From a virus: 64,000 bases of DNA. The DNA lies in IMG/VR virus record IMGVR_UViG_3300029361_000001. One strand, 5' to 3'. Both the position numbers and the translations under genes were made by a program. Position 1 is the first letter of the stretch, and every line of letters begins with the position of its first letter. Shown here one piece after another: positions 19,093 to 30,300 of the stretch. The notes beneath the pieces are model-generated. The model did not search any database and was not told the DNA's origin. It saw nothing but the letters and a program-made list of their open reading frames with translations.

Positions 19093-20157
19093 ATGATCTT
19101 TGTTACGTGCTTCATGCACATATGTTTAACAATTAAATACTATAAAATTATGGGTGGTGATAAAATCGTCCTTTTAGATGGAGCCGGGGCTAACGGTGGT
19201 GGTGCAGCCACTAACGGTCTTCTTTCAATGATTCCCGGCATGTTTGCTAATTTGATAGGTGGTAATAAAATGGATCCGAATCTGGTGGCGGCTTTGATGA
19301 ACGGTCGTAACAACCAGGACGGTTTCGGTGGGGCTAACGGTTGGTGGCTCTGGATAATTGTTTTGTTCTGGCTGTGGGGTGGACGCGGCTTCGGTAACGG
19401 TTTTGGAAATGGCGGTGATTGTTGCGCCAATGGTTTGCCGGCTCAGTTGAATAACGATTACGGTCGTGAACTTTTGATGCAGGCAATTCAAGGTAATCGT
19501 AGCGCCATAGATCAGATTGCTTCTGCTTTGAACTGTTCTACTACTCAACTTCAGAACGCTATCTGCAACGTACAGGGTGCTATTGATAAAGTAGCTGGTC
19601 AGGTAGGTATGACTTCTCAGGCTGTTATCAACGCAGTTCAACAACAAGGTTGTGAAATAGGAAATCAAATCAGCTCTTGCTGCTGCAATCTGAGTTCGTT
19701 GATCAATCAAAGCACTTGCCAGACTCAGGGAATGATTACTCAGCAAGGTTTTGATAACCAGCTTCGCACGTTGGAACAAACCAATATCTTGCAGAACGGT
19801 CTCAACCAAGGTCTGGCTAACAATCGTGAGCAAGCTACAAGCCAATTCAATATCTTGTCTGCGAAACTTGACGCCCAAACCGTTATGATCAACGACAAAT
19901 TCTGTCAGTTGGAAATGAGGGAGATGCAGAACACTATTGCTCAACTTCGTGAAGAAAAAGCGGCTTTGACAGCTTCGGCATTATCTCAGCAACAAACCCA
20001 GAATATCGTTGGTCAATTACGCCCGACGGCCGTCCCAGCCTACCCCTCTTGTTCTCCTTACCAGGCTTATTCTTGGGGACAGGTATTCGGAGGAGGTTAC
20101 TGCAATAACGGATGTGGATGTAACAACGGATGTTGCAATAACAACGCTGCTGTCTGA
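19093..20157 (+). CDS. Gly/Asn/Gln/Cys-rich low-complexity protein, 354 aa (336 aa if it starts at the ATG at 19150). It has a Trp-rich transmembrane-like segment and Cys-rich N- and C-termini (…GGYCNNGCGCNNGCCNNNAAV).
   Basis: The plus-strand ORF is co-oriented with its neighbours. The overlapping minus-strand ORFs have the Leu/Ser/Thr-rich composition typical of antisense reading of a Q/N-rich gene. Confidence 0.45.
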   Translation: MIFVTCFMHICLTIKYYKIMGGDKIVLLDGAGANGGGAATNGLLSMIPGMFANLIGGNKMDPNLVAALMNGRNNQDGFGGANGWWLWIIVLFWLWGGRGFGNGFGNGGDCCANGLPAQLNNDYGRELLMQAIQGNRSAIDQIASALNCSTTQLQNAICNVQGAIDKVAGQVGMTSQAVINAVQQQGCEIGNQISSCCCNLSSLINQSTCQTQGMITQQGFDNQLRTLEQTNILQNGLNQGLANNREQATSQFNILSAKLDAQTVMINDKFCQLEMREMQNTIAQLREEKAALTASALSQQQTQNIVGQLRPTAVPAYPSCSPYQAYSWGQVFGGGYCNNGCGCNNGCCNNNAAV

Positions 20158-20180
20158 TTTTATTAAGAGAGGAGGCTAAT

Positions 20181-20594
20181 ATGGCTTGTGTTTCTAAAAT
20201 AGGATCGTTGTATGAGATGGTTACGAAGAATGTTATTGTCAGTACGACAAATACAATCTTCGGTATTAACCCACGGGCTTGGATCGCCCTTCCGTGTGAG
20301 GGTCTTATCCTTCTTAAGATAAGGCAAGTAGTCCCCACAGCCGGAAGTGCTCTACCGGTACAGATTGCGGTCCCGGCAAACAGCACAGTTTCAACAGTAG
20401 GAGCCGACACCTGTTGCTCGGTTACGGGAGTGAATGTCGTGAACCCTATTAACGTAGCTGTAACGGGTGCTGCTATGGTAAATGGCACAGAACGCCTTCT
20501 GTACTTCAATAAAGTTCGTGGCGTGTTAAGATTAATGGATTGCTGTGTTCCAGTAGCGGCAGCCCAGGCGTCTGAAGTTAAAGCAGGTAAATGA
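20181..20594 (+). CDS. Hypothetical protein, 137 aa, Val/Thr/Ala-rich and beta-strand-like.
   Basis: The ORF has AGAGGAGG eight nt upstream of its ATG. A hairpin lies just downstream (20596-20625, tgatggagatcatcaccctat). Confidence 0.45.
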   Translation: MACVSKIGSLYEMVTKNVIVSTTNTIFGINPRAWIALPCEGLILLKIRQVVPTAGSALPVQIAVPANSTVSTVGADTCCSVTGVNVVNPINVAVTGAAMVNGTERLLYFNKVRGVLRLMDCCVPVAAAQASEVKAGK

Positions 20595-20644
20595 TTTCAG
20601 TAGGGTGATGGAGATCATCACCCTATTTTCACCTAAATAATATT

Positions 20645-21139
20645 TTGATCATGTTTTCAGATTTGAAGAAAGGGTTTCAGGTACATACCCTTGATACTAA
20701 TACAGTACCTAAATACGAATTGGGAAAGGTAGTAGCCGTATCCGAACCCAGGTATCTTCCTCCTCAGCCGGGTCAGTATCAGGCGATGCAGACCCGCGTG
20801 GTGGATCTGACGGTAGAGCTCACTGGCGAAACCAAGACCTATACGGTCCCGGAATCCCAGAATGTGGCTAAGGCTATGGGTATAACATTATCTACCAGCA
20901 TAGATCCGATTATGAACGAACTGAATGCTATAAAAAGCACCAGTCAAGACATAATAGACAGCGTAGATACCCATCGTGCCAAGATAGAGGCTTGTGAATC
21001 TATATTAGAAGACATCAATCCGGCATTCAAACAAACGAGAGAGCAGGATCGTAAAATAGCTGGTATAGAAAATAAGGTGAATGACCTTACTGATTCATTC
21101 GAAGATTTAAAGAAGTTAATTGTAGAACGTTTGAAATAA
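20645..21139 (+). CDS. Hypothetical protein, 164 aa.
   Basis: The ORF is co-oriented with its neighbours. Confidence 0.45.
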   Translation: MIMFSDLKKGFQVHTLDTNTVPKYELGKVVAVSEPRYLPPQPGQYQAMQTRVVDLTVELTGETKTYTVPESQNVAKAMGITLSTSIDPIMNELNAIKSTSQDIIDSVDTHRAKIEACESILEDINPAFKQTREQDRKIAGIENKVNDLTDSFEDLKKLIVERLK

Positions 21140-21146
21140 GTATAAT

Positions 21147-21524
21147 ATGATAGTATATGATTTAAATTCAGGACACAGAGAATATCCTGGATATGACGAG
21201 ATAGAAGACAGACGAGGTGGAGGCAGAGGCAGAAGCCGGCGTGCTGATGGAACGTACATGGAGTACGGACATGGGTTCCTTCCTCCTTATGATCATTACG
21301 GTATGCATGAGAAGATGAAGGAAATGGAAGAACGCGAAAACGAGCTGGAAGAAAGGGAAAGAAGGCTTGAGGAGCGCGAACGTCGTCATGAAATGGAGGA
21401 CCGGGAATACCGGAGGATGGGTTACGAATCCTACCCGACCGATTACTATGGAGACGACAGATACTACGGTGACGGACCTCAGATGCGTAGAGGTCGCGGA
21501 CGTGGCAGAGGTCGTTCTTATTGA
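21147..21524 (+). CDS. Arg/Glu-rich protein, 125 aa, with RG/RGG repeats at both ends and an (EERERR)n coiled-coil centre.
   Basis: It carries GGGRGRSRR…RRGRGRGRGRSY. The next ORF continues in the same frame after a single TGA. Confidence 0.45.
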   Translation: MIVYDLNSGHREYPGYDEIEDRRGGGRGRSRRADGTYMEYGHGFLPPYDHYGMHEKMKEMEERENELEERERRLEERERRHEMEDREYRRMGYESYPTDYYGDDRYYGDGPQMRRGRGRGRGRSY

Positions 21525-21617
21525 GGAGCAGACGCAGAGGATCCAGCTTATCAGAAATATGTAGATACTTACGGCTACCATTTTTCTAATGCTCTTGCTG
21601 ATGAGGCGGTAAAGAAG

Positions 21618-21911
21618 ATGGTCAACGTCGATGGATCCAAGAGGATCTGGAAGCAGCCGGAAATAAAAGATATTTTTGAAAAGTGCGGAGCGAAGAAGCC
21701 GGATAAAGCGACATGGGGCGATGTCCAATATGTCTTTGCAATGTACTATTCGGATGGTTTTCCGAAGGTCTTCAAATGTGAGAACGAGTTGGTGAAAGCT
21801 ACGTTAATGTATTTGGATGATCCGGATGCTCCCGAAGGAGTAGCCTTTATAAGATGGCTTGCCGTGCAAGATTACCTCGGCGAAAAAATAAACTGGAAGG
21901 ATCTGACCTGA
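21618..21911 (+). CDS. Hypothetical protein, 97 aa. The frame is open for another 31 codons upstream, back to the TGA of the preceding gene.
   Basis: The ORF track entry. The stretch 21525-21617 is stop-free in the same frame. Confidence 0.4.
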   Translation: MVNVDGSKRIWKQPEIKDIFEKCGAKKPDKATWGDVQYVFAMYYSDGFPKVFKCENELVKATLMYLDDPDAPEGVAFIRWLAVQDYLGEKINWKDLT

Positions 21912-21987
21912 GATCCAGATCCAGGTCCTTCCGGTGGTGCGGGAGCCATAGTAAAAAATATGATTCCCGCATTCCCGTTTTTCCCGT

Positions 21988-22254
21988 TTGGAAAAAAAAG
22001 GAATAAAAATATTATACCGGTCGGCGGGCAATAGAATACCCGTGGCCGGTTTGTTTCACATAACTTTTTTTTGGGATATGAATATAGCACATGAATCTAA
22101 ATCGAATAAAACCCCCTTGTATTTAATAGGAGAGTTGATTGGCGTACCGAATACGGTTATGGACTCAGCATTGCATGAACTGAAAGATAGAATAGACAAA
22201 GACCCTAAATATAAAGATGTTAAAAATTGGCTCGAATCTTTACCCAAGATCTGA
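21988..22254 (+). CDS. Hypothetical protein, 88 aa.
   Basis: The ORF is followed by the terminator at 22278. Confidence 0.35.
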   Translation: MEKKGIKILYRSAGNRIPVAGLFHITFFWDMNIAHESKSNKTPLYLIGELIGVPNTVMDSALHELKDRIDKDPKYKDVKNWLESLPKI

Positions 22255-22277
22255 ACCTATTTTTTTTCAATACCAGG

Positions 22278-22312
22278 CCCGATGCGATTTTAACGTATCG
22301 GGTTTTTATTTT
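22278..22312 (+). terminator. Intrinsic terminator (cccgat / atcggg stem plus TTTTTATTTT).
   Basis: Inverted repeat followed by a T-run. Confidence 0.5.
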
Positions 22313-22382
22313 AATTCATATTGTTTTATTTTAAATCTAATTAATTCATGTATGTCGTACTTTTGTTGAAAAAGTATTCTAT

Positions 22383-22610
22383 ATGGAAAATAAGGAAGAT
22401 TACATTGGTTACGAAGATCAAGAACTGTGTAACCGGTATTACAAAGAGGCTGAAGCCATGAGGCAAAAGCAGGACTGGTCTCAGCTTAGGGCTGTCCCTG
22501 CTCCGGCTAAGGGAACCCCATCGCCCGGCTGGGGTCAGCTTGGACGTGGAAATGGTGTCCGTGTTAAGTACGTTAGTATCAATTCAGGATTGGGAGGAGA
22601 TAGGTTATGA
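22383..22610 (+). CDS. Hypothetical protein, 75 aa.
   Basis: The ORF's stop overlaps the next start by 4 nt (ATGA). Confidence 0.35.
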   Translation: MENKEDYIGYEDQELCNRYYKEAEAMRQKQDWSQLRAVPAPAKGTPSPGWGQLGRGNGVRVKYVSINSGLGGDRL

Positions 22611-22825
22611 CCGTAGAAGAATTAGCTAATAAAAGATACGGTGGCGAATTTGTTTTCATGTTTGGTCATCTTGAAGGTAGAACAAGATTCGTTTTTGAAT
22701 GCTTTGATCCCAGACCTGATCACGAAGGTAAAAACACTTATATGGTTTCCTATTTTGAAAAGGGACTTCATAGAAGAGATGTGGTAGATGTACCGTGTTA
22801 TATGAATGTTTTGCAAAAATCGTAA
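22607..22825 (+). CDS. Hypothetical protein, 72 aa.
   Basis: It belongs to a chain of translationally coupled small ORFs. Confidence 0.35.
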   Translation: MTVEELANKRYGGEFVFMFGHLEGRTRFVFECFDPRPDHEGKNTYMVSYFEKGLHRRDVVDVPCYMNVLQKS

Positions 22826-22997
22826 AATTGTAGATGATATGGTTAGAATTGCATATTTCGGAACCGATGGATGTCTTGGTCATCACGTTATTCCAATACG
22901 AGGTAAATTTACGGAAGAGGATATTAAGGTAATAGAATCTATAGATTGTGATGATTTCTATAAGGTGTTTGACGTTATGCGTTATTTTGTGGATTGA
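22806..22997 (+). CDS. Hypothetical protein, 63 aa.
   Basis: Small-ORF chain. Confidence 0.3.
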   Translation: MFCKNRKIVDDMVRIAYFGTDGCLGHHVIPIRGKFTEEDIKVIESIDCDDFYKVFDVMRYFVD

Positions 22998-23194
22998 GAC
23001 ATTGTTCTATCATTTCTCAGTTTGCGGCATACGGTATAGCCCATAAAAACCGCAGTGTTCAAGGATTTTTGACAAGCAAGAATCGGTTTTTAACAAGAGA
23101 GGAAGCGTCTGAACTTGTTAGAAACAATAATCAGGAGATGGTGGTAGATAGGAATGCCATTAGAGAACAGTTGTATTCAGAAGATTTGTATTAA
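22994..23194 (+). CDS. Hypothetical protein, 66 aa.
   Basis: Small-ORF chain with a 4 nt overlap. Confidence 0.3.
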   Translation: MRHCSIISQFAAYGIAHKNRSVQGFLTSKNRFLTREEASELVRNNNQEMVVDRNAIREQLYSEDLY

Positions 23195-23211
23195 CTAAAA
23201 AATAAAACAAT

Positions 23212-23562
23212 ATGGGATTTATAATCAGAAAGTCAATCATTTATAATATGATGGACGGCAATCAGTTAGAGTATGAATTTGACAACATAAATTTAGATCA
23301 TATCACATTTAAAGGTAATGGTAAAGAACCTTTTTCATTTAACAGAGTCCTTGTTGAAAATTTAATTGAGACATTTGAGACTATGCAAGATATATACTCT
23401 GATAATTACGGAATTAAGGTTTATACCGGTAATTGCATAATTCAACTGAATGTAAATCCAAAGAACTTAAGTGAATCCTTTTTTGACGTATATGATAGAG
23501 ATGGGATGAAATTGATATATAGCATACAAAATAGTATCTTGAAAGAAATGTTTGTCATATGA
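23212..23562 (+). CDS. Hypothetical protein, 116 aa.
   Basis: ORF. Confidence 0.4.
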   Translation: MGFIIRKSIIYNMMDGNQLEYEFDNINLDHITFKGNGKEPFSFNRVLVENLIETFETMQDIYSDNYGIKVYTGNCIIQLNVNPKNLSESFFDVYDRDGMKLIYSIQNSILKEMFVI

Positions 23563-23879
23563 TTACTAAACAAGATATACAAGCAGCAGCATCGTATATT
23601 TTCCGAAGCAGTTTTGTCTCGGAGGACCAGGCAAGGAAAGCAATGGTAAAAGCCGGCAATAACGCTACCAAGATCCTCGTCAAGACCTTTAGAGGCAAGT
23701 TGTTCAAGAAAGCTTTTGAAAGAGCCCGTAGAGGAAAGGATATCAGTTCTTTTGAAAGACAGGAAAAAGAAAGTGGTTTCAATTTTCTACATAATCCTAA
23801 TAATGGTCGTATGCAAAGCGGTCATATTATAATAGATGGAATTGGTCTGTTTAAACAAATAATAGAGTCGGGTACGTAA
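23559..23879 (+). CDS. Hypothetical basic protein, 106 aa.
   Basis: ORF with a 4 nt overlap. Confidence 0.4.
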   Translation: MITKQDIQAAASYIFRSSFVSEDQARKAMVKAGNNATKILVKTFRGKLFKKAFERARRGKDISSFERQEKESGFNFLHNPNNGRMQSGHIIIDGIGLFKQIIESGT

Positions 23880-23908
23880 GTTATCCGACTTTTTTATATA
23901 TTTGTAGC

Positions 23909-24232
23909 ATGGCAAGAGGTTATTATTGGATACCACAAACAGATGAAACGTTAAATGGCAGAAGCTATTACGTGGCTAAGATAGTAGGGGATATCACGTT
24001 TGATACTAAACGAAAAAGAATCGTATTTCAAGCTGATAGGTATTTCCCTGTAGGATCTGTTTTCCATTTTACGCACAATTGCTTCAATTATATCATAACT
24101 TGCCGACTTCGCAAGCCGGGGCTTTGGTTTGAAGCCAGGAGAGAGGATTCAGGCTCTATTTGCCCTGAAGATATTGAGCGCTTTGAATCGGGAAGGTTTA
24201 TTCACCGAGATGGGTACATGCATTACATATAA
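23909..24232 (+). CDS. Hypothetical protein, 107 aa.
   Basis: The ORF is followed by two hairpins with T-runs. Confidence 0.4.
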   Translation: MARGYYWIPQTDETLNGRSYYVAKIVGDITFDTKRKRIVFQADRYFPVGSVFHFTHNCFNYIITCRLRKPGLWFEARREDSGSICPEDIERFESGRFIHRDGYMHYI

Positions 24233-24282
24233 GCTAAGCTTGACGATTTTTCGTCAGATTATAATTTTTTTTCATATTATTT

Positions 24283-24323
24283 TAAAGCCATCAGACTGAG
24301 AAGTTAGATGGCTTTATTTTTTA
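24283..24323 (+). terminator. Intrinsic terminator: a 9 bp stem (aaagccatc / gatggcttt) followed by ATTTTTTAT. A smaller hairpin plus T-run lies at 24241-24271.
   Basis: Two consecutive hairpin/T-run structures sit between the small-gene cluster and the giant gene. Confidence 0.55.
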
Positions 24324-24374
24324 TGATATGCTTGATTTTTAACTACCTTTGTCTCATAACAAAAATGTTTTACT

Positions 24375-27300
24375 ATGACATCAACGTGTATTATTAAAAG
24401 AGATAATAAAAATAAAGTTGTTTCTGTCTCTACCAGATCAGGGGACAGGTCTATGTTGTTTGATAAAATAGCATCTATTCCTCTTATGGAGAATAGGGAA
24501 CGGGCTACTACTGTTTTTAAAACCGTATTTTCTAATAAGTTCTTAAAGGCTTTTGGTGACTGGAGAAGGAATGTACCTGTTAATAAACAGGCTTATAATA
24601 AGGTAAAATCCAACATCGGCCTTATTCCGGAATCCTATAGAGAAAGGGTGCTGGATAAGGCTTCTAAGATGAGTAATCCTATTCTTGTGTCAAAATCAGA
24701 TGCACCTTATGGAATCCGAGAATCGGGCTTTGGATTCTACAGCCAAGATCTGGGTGATAATATTATGTTGGTGGATGCTATGGTTCCGTCAAGTATTTCC
24801 GTACCGGAAGGACCTGGAATAGACGCCGGGCAGTATTTACAAGATGCTATATCTTCGGACTTCACTCCCGTATCTATGGTACAGGATAAGGGTGTTAATT
24901 ATATGGTTATAAAAGACGGTCTTAAGATATTTAGCCCAGAAGAGTTACCACAGACAGATTCTAATCCTGTGGGTGTAACGTATCATACTGGAGAGCCTCG
25001 TTTGTTTTTCATGAACGATCGTAGTCAATTATTTGAAGATTACGGAGAAGCTCTTCGCTCTGGAGGGAATGATATTAGAATAGGATTCTTATCCGGCACC
25101 GTTCAAGAATCTGCCGTGGATGGCGTGGCAGACATTACTTACAAGGCTGGAAAGTATGTTCTTAATAATCCCAAGTCTTTTATACCGGTCATGACCGCTT
25201 CTGCTTCTACTTCTTTATCAACAAAAGGTGGTATAATTAACTACCTTATAAAGAAGGGTCTTTTGTCAGGATCTAAGATATTCGATCCTGAAACAAGAAG
25301 CTATTATCTTACAGGAGAAGGACATACAGGACAAATTAGACTTTTCAATTCAGCCTTATCCTACACCGAGCTCCGTAATCATTTTGGTTCCGATGTTTCC
25401 ATGAATGACCAAGGTATGATAACCATAAGCTCGTTGGATAATAGTAAGGTAACTATGAGACTCGCCACCGGGGGAACGGAAAGGGTTAGTAGGGAACAGA
25501 TAAAGAACGATCTTAAGTCTGGAAGATACAATGAATTGGATGCCAAGTACGATCATTTTGATGCGCTTGTAGTTTCATTCATATTAGAAGATAACGATCT
25601 TTATGCTGATACTAAAGCTAAGATCGTATCAGATTATAGCAGGCAGGAACGTGACCAACGAAATTCTATTGTCGAGATACTGAAAACGCTTGGCGTTAGT
25701 GTCATAGGTATGACCGACTATATAGAGAAGTATCAAACCAAATACGGGCACGAACCTTCTGCTAAGGCATTGGCGGATATTGCCAATAACGTAATAGCAG
25801 TCGGTGAAGATGCTACTTTATCTGATTTAGTAGAAGAGACAGCCCACTTCCTTGTAGAGGCATACAGAGATCAGAATGCTGTTGAGGCTGTTATGCAAGA
25901 TGTAGAAGGTACGGAAGAGTGGAACCAGTATGCAGGTCAGTATTATAATACATACGGTAAGGTATATGAGGGAGCTGAGCTTGATAATGCGGTTAGGAGA
26001 GAAATTCTTGGAAAGATCCTCGCCAGGGAGATGCAGGCCGGCACAGCACAGGCGCCGGTAGAGCCCACCTCCTTCCTGGGGCGCGTCCGGCAGCTTTTCT
26101 CTGGAATCGTAAGCTGGCTTAAATCAGCTTTATCAACCCAAAGACAAGATTTGAATAACGTTATTAAAAACATTCGTGATCTTGCCATTACTGACATAGA
26201 TAAAGGATTTGACACCTCTCTGTTAAAGGATAATGACTTTACATTATACTCCCTTTCTTCTATGAACAAGAACAAGTTTCTTGAGTCTAAGATCAGATCG
26301 CTAAGAAAAACATTAAGAGACTTACGTCAGATAAGCTCTGATAGGGCTGTAACTACGTCTATGACCCTTGCTCAGCTTAAGACCATAGAAGATAAGATAA
26401 ATAAAGTAGAGACCGAGATAGACAAGAATGAGATGGCGGCTGCCATGAACAGCATGATCTCCACAGCCGAAGCTCAGGTCAGATACTTAAGCAATGTGGT
26501 GAACACCATCCGTCATGGTGATACCAAAGACGGTAAGCTTCACTTCAATACCAATGATCGAAAGAACGTAGATATTATCAACAATCAGGTTCTTCCGATC
26601 ATGAACGATCTTCGAGGATATATCCGTAACAGAAGTACCGAATTTGATGAACGTGAAAAGCAGGATTATACAAATAGGATCAATACCGTCATTGCCGACA
26701 TCAATGGTATTCAGTCTGATATTAAATCAGTACAAGACCTTGATGAAAGTACGTTGCTTGATAAGTTAATGAACGAACTTCATGTGCCGGCAGATAAGGT
26801 AAAGAGAGTAAAAGAATTTTTCGACAAGGTTCAACACGATGTTTCTTGGATAAGTAGGTGGTTTGGTATATTAGAGCATTCTTCCAGTCCGTTCAATAAC
26901 GCTCTTGGAGCTATGATTGCCAAAGACAATTACAATGCGATGGTGAATGCCCAGCCCGCCATATCCGATTTCCTGGCATATGCGAAAAAGCATGGTTTTA
27001 ACAAATCTGAATTTGAAAAACTGCTTCAGAAAGTAGATGGCAAAACTTCTAATTACCTTCGTAGTGCTCTTGATATGGCTAAATACGATCGTAATAAGAA
27101 GCTGGCGCAGATGCGAGCGTTTGCGACTGCCATGAACATAGAGATATCAGAAGAAGAAATTGGTGATGTGGTTGACAATAACCGTAATTACGTATTTAAA
27201 AGAGAAGTAGTTGACAAGGATGGAAATACGGTTACTGAAAACGCTAAATTCAAACCATCGTCTGATAGAGTTAATACCGATATTTTTACCATCGAGCAGG

Positions 27301-30300
27301 AAAAGATTTATACAGAACAGATGGAAAAGTGGGATGCTGAAAATTCGGAACTGGAATTTAGCGGAAGTTATGCCACAAGAATGGAATCCATATACAAAAA
27401 GGCTGAAGAAGAATTAGGGCATCCGGTTTCTCAAACAACCAAAGAATACCTTAATGCTCTATCCAGGCAAAAACGGATATTGAGGCAGCCTTTTATTGAT
27501 AGCGGTGGTAATTTTGATGAGGTTGCCTATTTTAAAAGCAGCAATTACGAAGAAGAAGGACTGCTTCGTAAACAACGTAAGGAAGCAGCTTCAGAATACA
27601 TATATGTAGGAACCAGGAGAGTGGAAAAAACCGGCGACCAACTTAAGATGGCTAAAGAAATACAAGCTATAAATGAAGTTTGGAGAAAGGAATCAAATAA
27701 TGTTACCAATGCCGTATCAGAATCGTTTTTGCAAAAATTAAGAACGATTCAGAGCGAGTCGGGAGGAGAAGCTGCGCTGAAGACACTTATGTTGGGAGGT
27801 CACCTGTCGTTCAATGATCGGTTTTGGAATGAAGTAGAATCGGAACAGTCGGCGCGTACCGAATCAAATAACAAGGCTTCGTATCTTAAAATGGCGCATG
27901 ATATCATTAGTTCTACGACAAGTGATAGAGATGCGACTGACGTGGATTCGATTGTGAAAGATATAGAAAAAAATAAGGCCATTATCAAGGAAATAATCGG
28001 AAACAACCGAGATGTGGCTGATATCGGAGAAATTAACGAAGCGACATTTACCTCATCTGAAAGAGATGCTTTTAGGGCCGCATCTGAAGCTATTGAAGCT
28101 GATTACGCTATCTTAATAGATTATGCTAAGATGGTGGGTCTTGAAGATATTGATAAGTACCTTACTAAAAGCAGTAAGGCCGAAAACGAAGTAAATCAGT
28201 CTTATTTAAATGCTCTTGCTGACTCCAAGGAAGTGGAATGGAAGTTCGTACAACGTCATACTACGGCGAAGAAAGCAAAAAGGATTCAGGCTTTAAGGGA
28301 TAAGCTGTTTAAGGCTGCTGATAACCGATATCTGTTTACCGTATCTGAAACCAACTACCTGTCAGAAAAGCTTGGTATAAGCAAAGAATTAGACGGTAGA
28401 GATTTCAGGAATGCTGTTAATGCTAAGATGGCCAGCTTGTTTTTAAATAATACAAGAGAAGAGGGCATAGAAGAGACCAATGCTATTGTTAATGAATTTG
28501 CCAGGAGCCAGGTCTTTTCGTACTATAAACGCATGGCGCCTACCGGATATGCGGCCATGATCGACAAAATAGGTCGAGGTGAGATAGATGTGGCGCAGAT
28601 GGTTAAGGACGTACAAAACGGTACATCCACCCAAGATTATGGCATGGACATATCGTACCTGTCTTTCGATCCTGCAAGGGCATGGGTGGCTGAATCTGAA
28701 GCCGAAAATAGCGGCCGTAATCCTGATTATGTAAAAGATCATGGGTATGGTCATCGCATGCCTAAGAAAAGCCTGTATCGTGATGAATCGTATTTCAATG
28801 ACTTTGGTATCAAGTATGATGCTGACGGTAATGAAGTTGCTACTAAAAACGTAGAGCAGTGGAATATGATTCAAAAACTCAAGGAAATAAAAAGACAATC
28901 CCTTGATCTATACAAAGAGCAGAGTCCCAATTTGTATGCTATTCCACAGATATCAAAACAAGACATAGAACGTATGGAAGGATTGGGTATTAACTTCAAA
29001 AATACGGTTCGTAATTTTGTATCAGATCTGTGCCTGGACAGAGTAGACGATTCTCTATATGGTAAGACCAGGCAAGGGGAAGTATATGACCCGGAAGACA
29101 GACTTAGGTCTATACCTAAATACTACATATATGAATTGGAGAACCAAGATGATGTATCTCACGATTTTGGCTACTCTTATTCGATGCTTATGATGCAGTC
29201 ATCGTTATACAACGAAAAGCAGAAGTCTATAGAGCTTGCCCAAGGACTGGAGCAGATGTTGCTGAACAAACAATTTGAGGGCGGTAAGAAGGCTGAAGCA
29301 ACCCAAGCATATCAGATGTTTAGGGACTTCTTCAACGATCATTATTATGGCATTAGGATGAACACCAAAAAACTTACGGTGAACATCGGAGGATATACGG
29401 TAGACCTTACAAGAATTATGATGGCTGTTGAAAGATTTATGTCGGTCATGAACTTGGCACTGTCTCCGTTTGTGGCAGCTACCGGCGCCCTGACAGGTCA
29501 TATCAACCTCATCATGGAATCTGCCGTAGGACAGTATATAAGCAAAGACTCCCTTAAATACGCATCGGCTGAGTTTTCACGTCTTGCGCCATCTTGTATA
29601 GCAGAAACCGGAGACATAGATAGGAAAAGCAAATTATATGTCATAGGTGAGAGAATGGGGATATTCAATATCCGAAATCGTATGTATGGTGCCGGATACA
29701 ATAGAGCGGCCAGGACCTTAATGTGTTCGCCTATGTATGCTTTTATGGAAATCCTGAACTACCCTCTTAATCCGCAGGTTATGATTGCTACTATGGACAA
29801 TGTTCGTTATTACAAAGGCCGGTTCTACACGTTCCAAGATTTCAAGATGGAAAAAGAACGCAATAAAGAACAGAGTACCATAAAAAGAGAATGGAACGCA
29901 TTAAAAGATCGTACTTTATGGAGTATGGTAGACGTCGTGGATGGAAAGGTGGTTGTAAAGCCGGGATCGGGTGTTACTGTTGAGGAAGTTGAAACCCAGA
30001 TGGCTATAACCAGGAATCAAGTCCGTAGCTTGTCGCAGATATGTAACGGATCTTTGAATGAAGAAAACCGAACTGCCGCATCGCGCAACTGGATAGCCAG
30101 GTTCATGACCGCCCACCGAGGCTGGCTGGTGCTGGCAGCTCAACGTCTGTGGAAAAGACGTGGCTTCAATTTCCAAACAATGCAAGAAGAGGAAGGGTTG
30201 TCAATTACGTTAAAGAATATGATAGCCAAAACATTTAGCCTGGCTTCCGAGTCTGGTATGAAAAACATCATAGATGCCTGGAACGAAAATAAAGATAATA

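Noticed and set aside
19225-20509. Long minus-strand ORFs (239 and 191 aa) opposite the Gly/Asn/Gln-rich gene
   Set aside because: Their Leu/Ser/Thr-rich composition is typical of antisense reading of a Q/N-rich low-complexity gene, and every neighbouring gene is on the plus strand.
21168-21728. A 186 aa minus-strand ORF opposite the RG-repeat protein
   Set aside because: It is an antisense artefact of a repetitive Arg/Glu codon tract. The plus-strand genes are tightly packed and co-oriented.
28775-28800. YDADGNE and DKDGNT motifs in the 2140 aa protein as an RNA polymerase catalytic site
   Set aside because: The third Asp of the DxDGD motif is replaced by Asn in both cases, which is more consistent with incidental Ca-binding-like loops.
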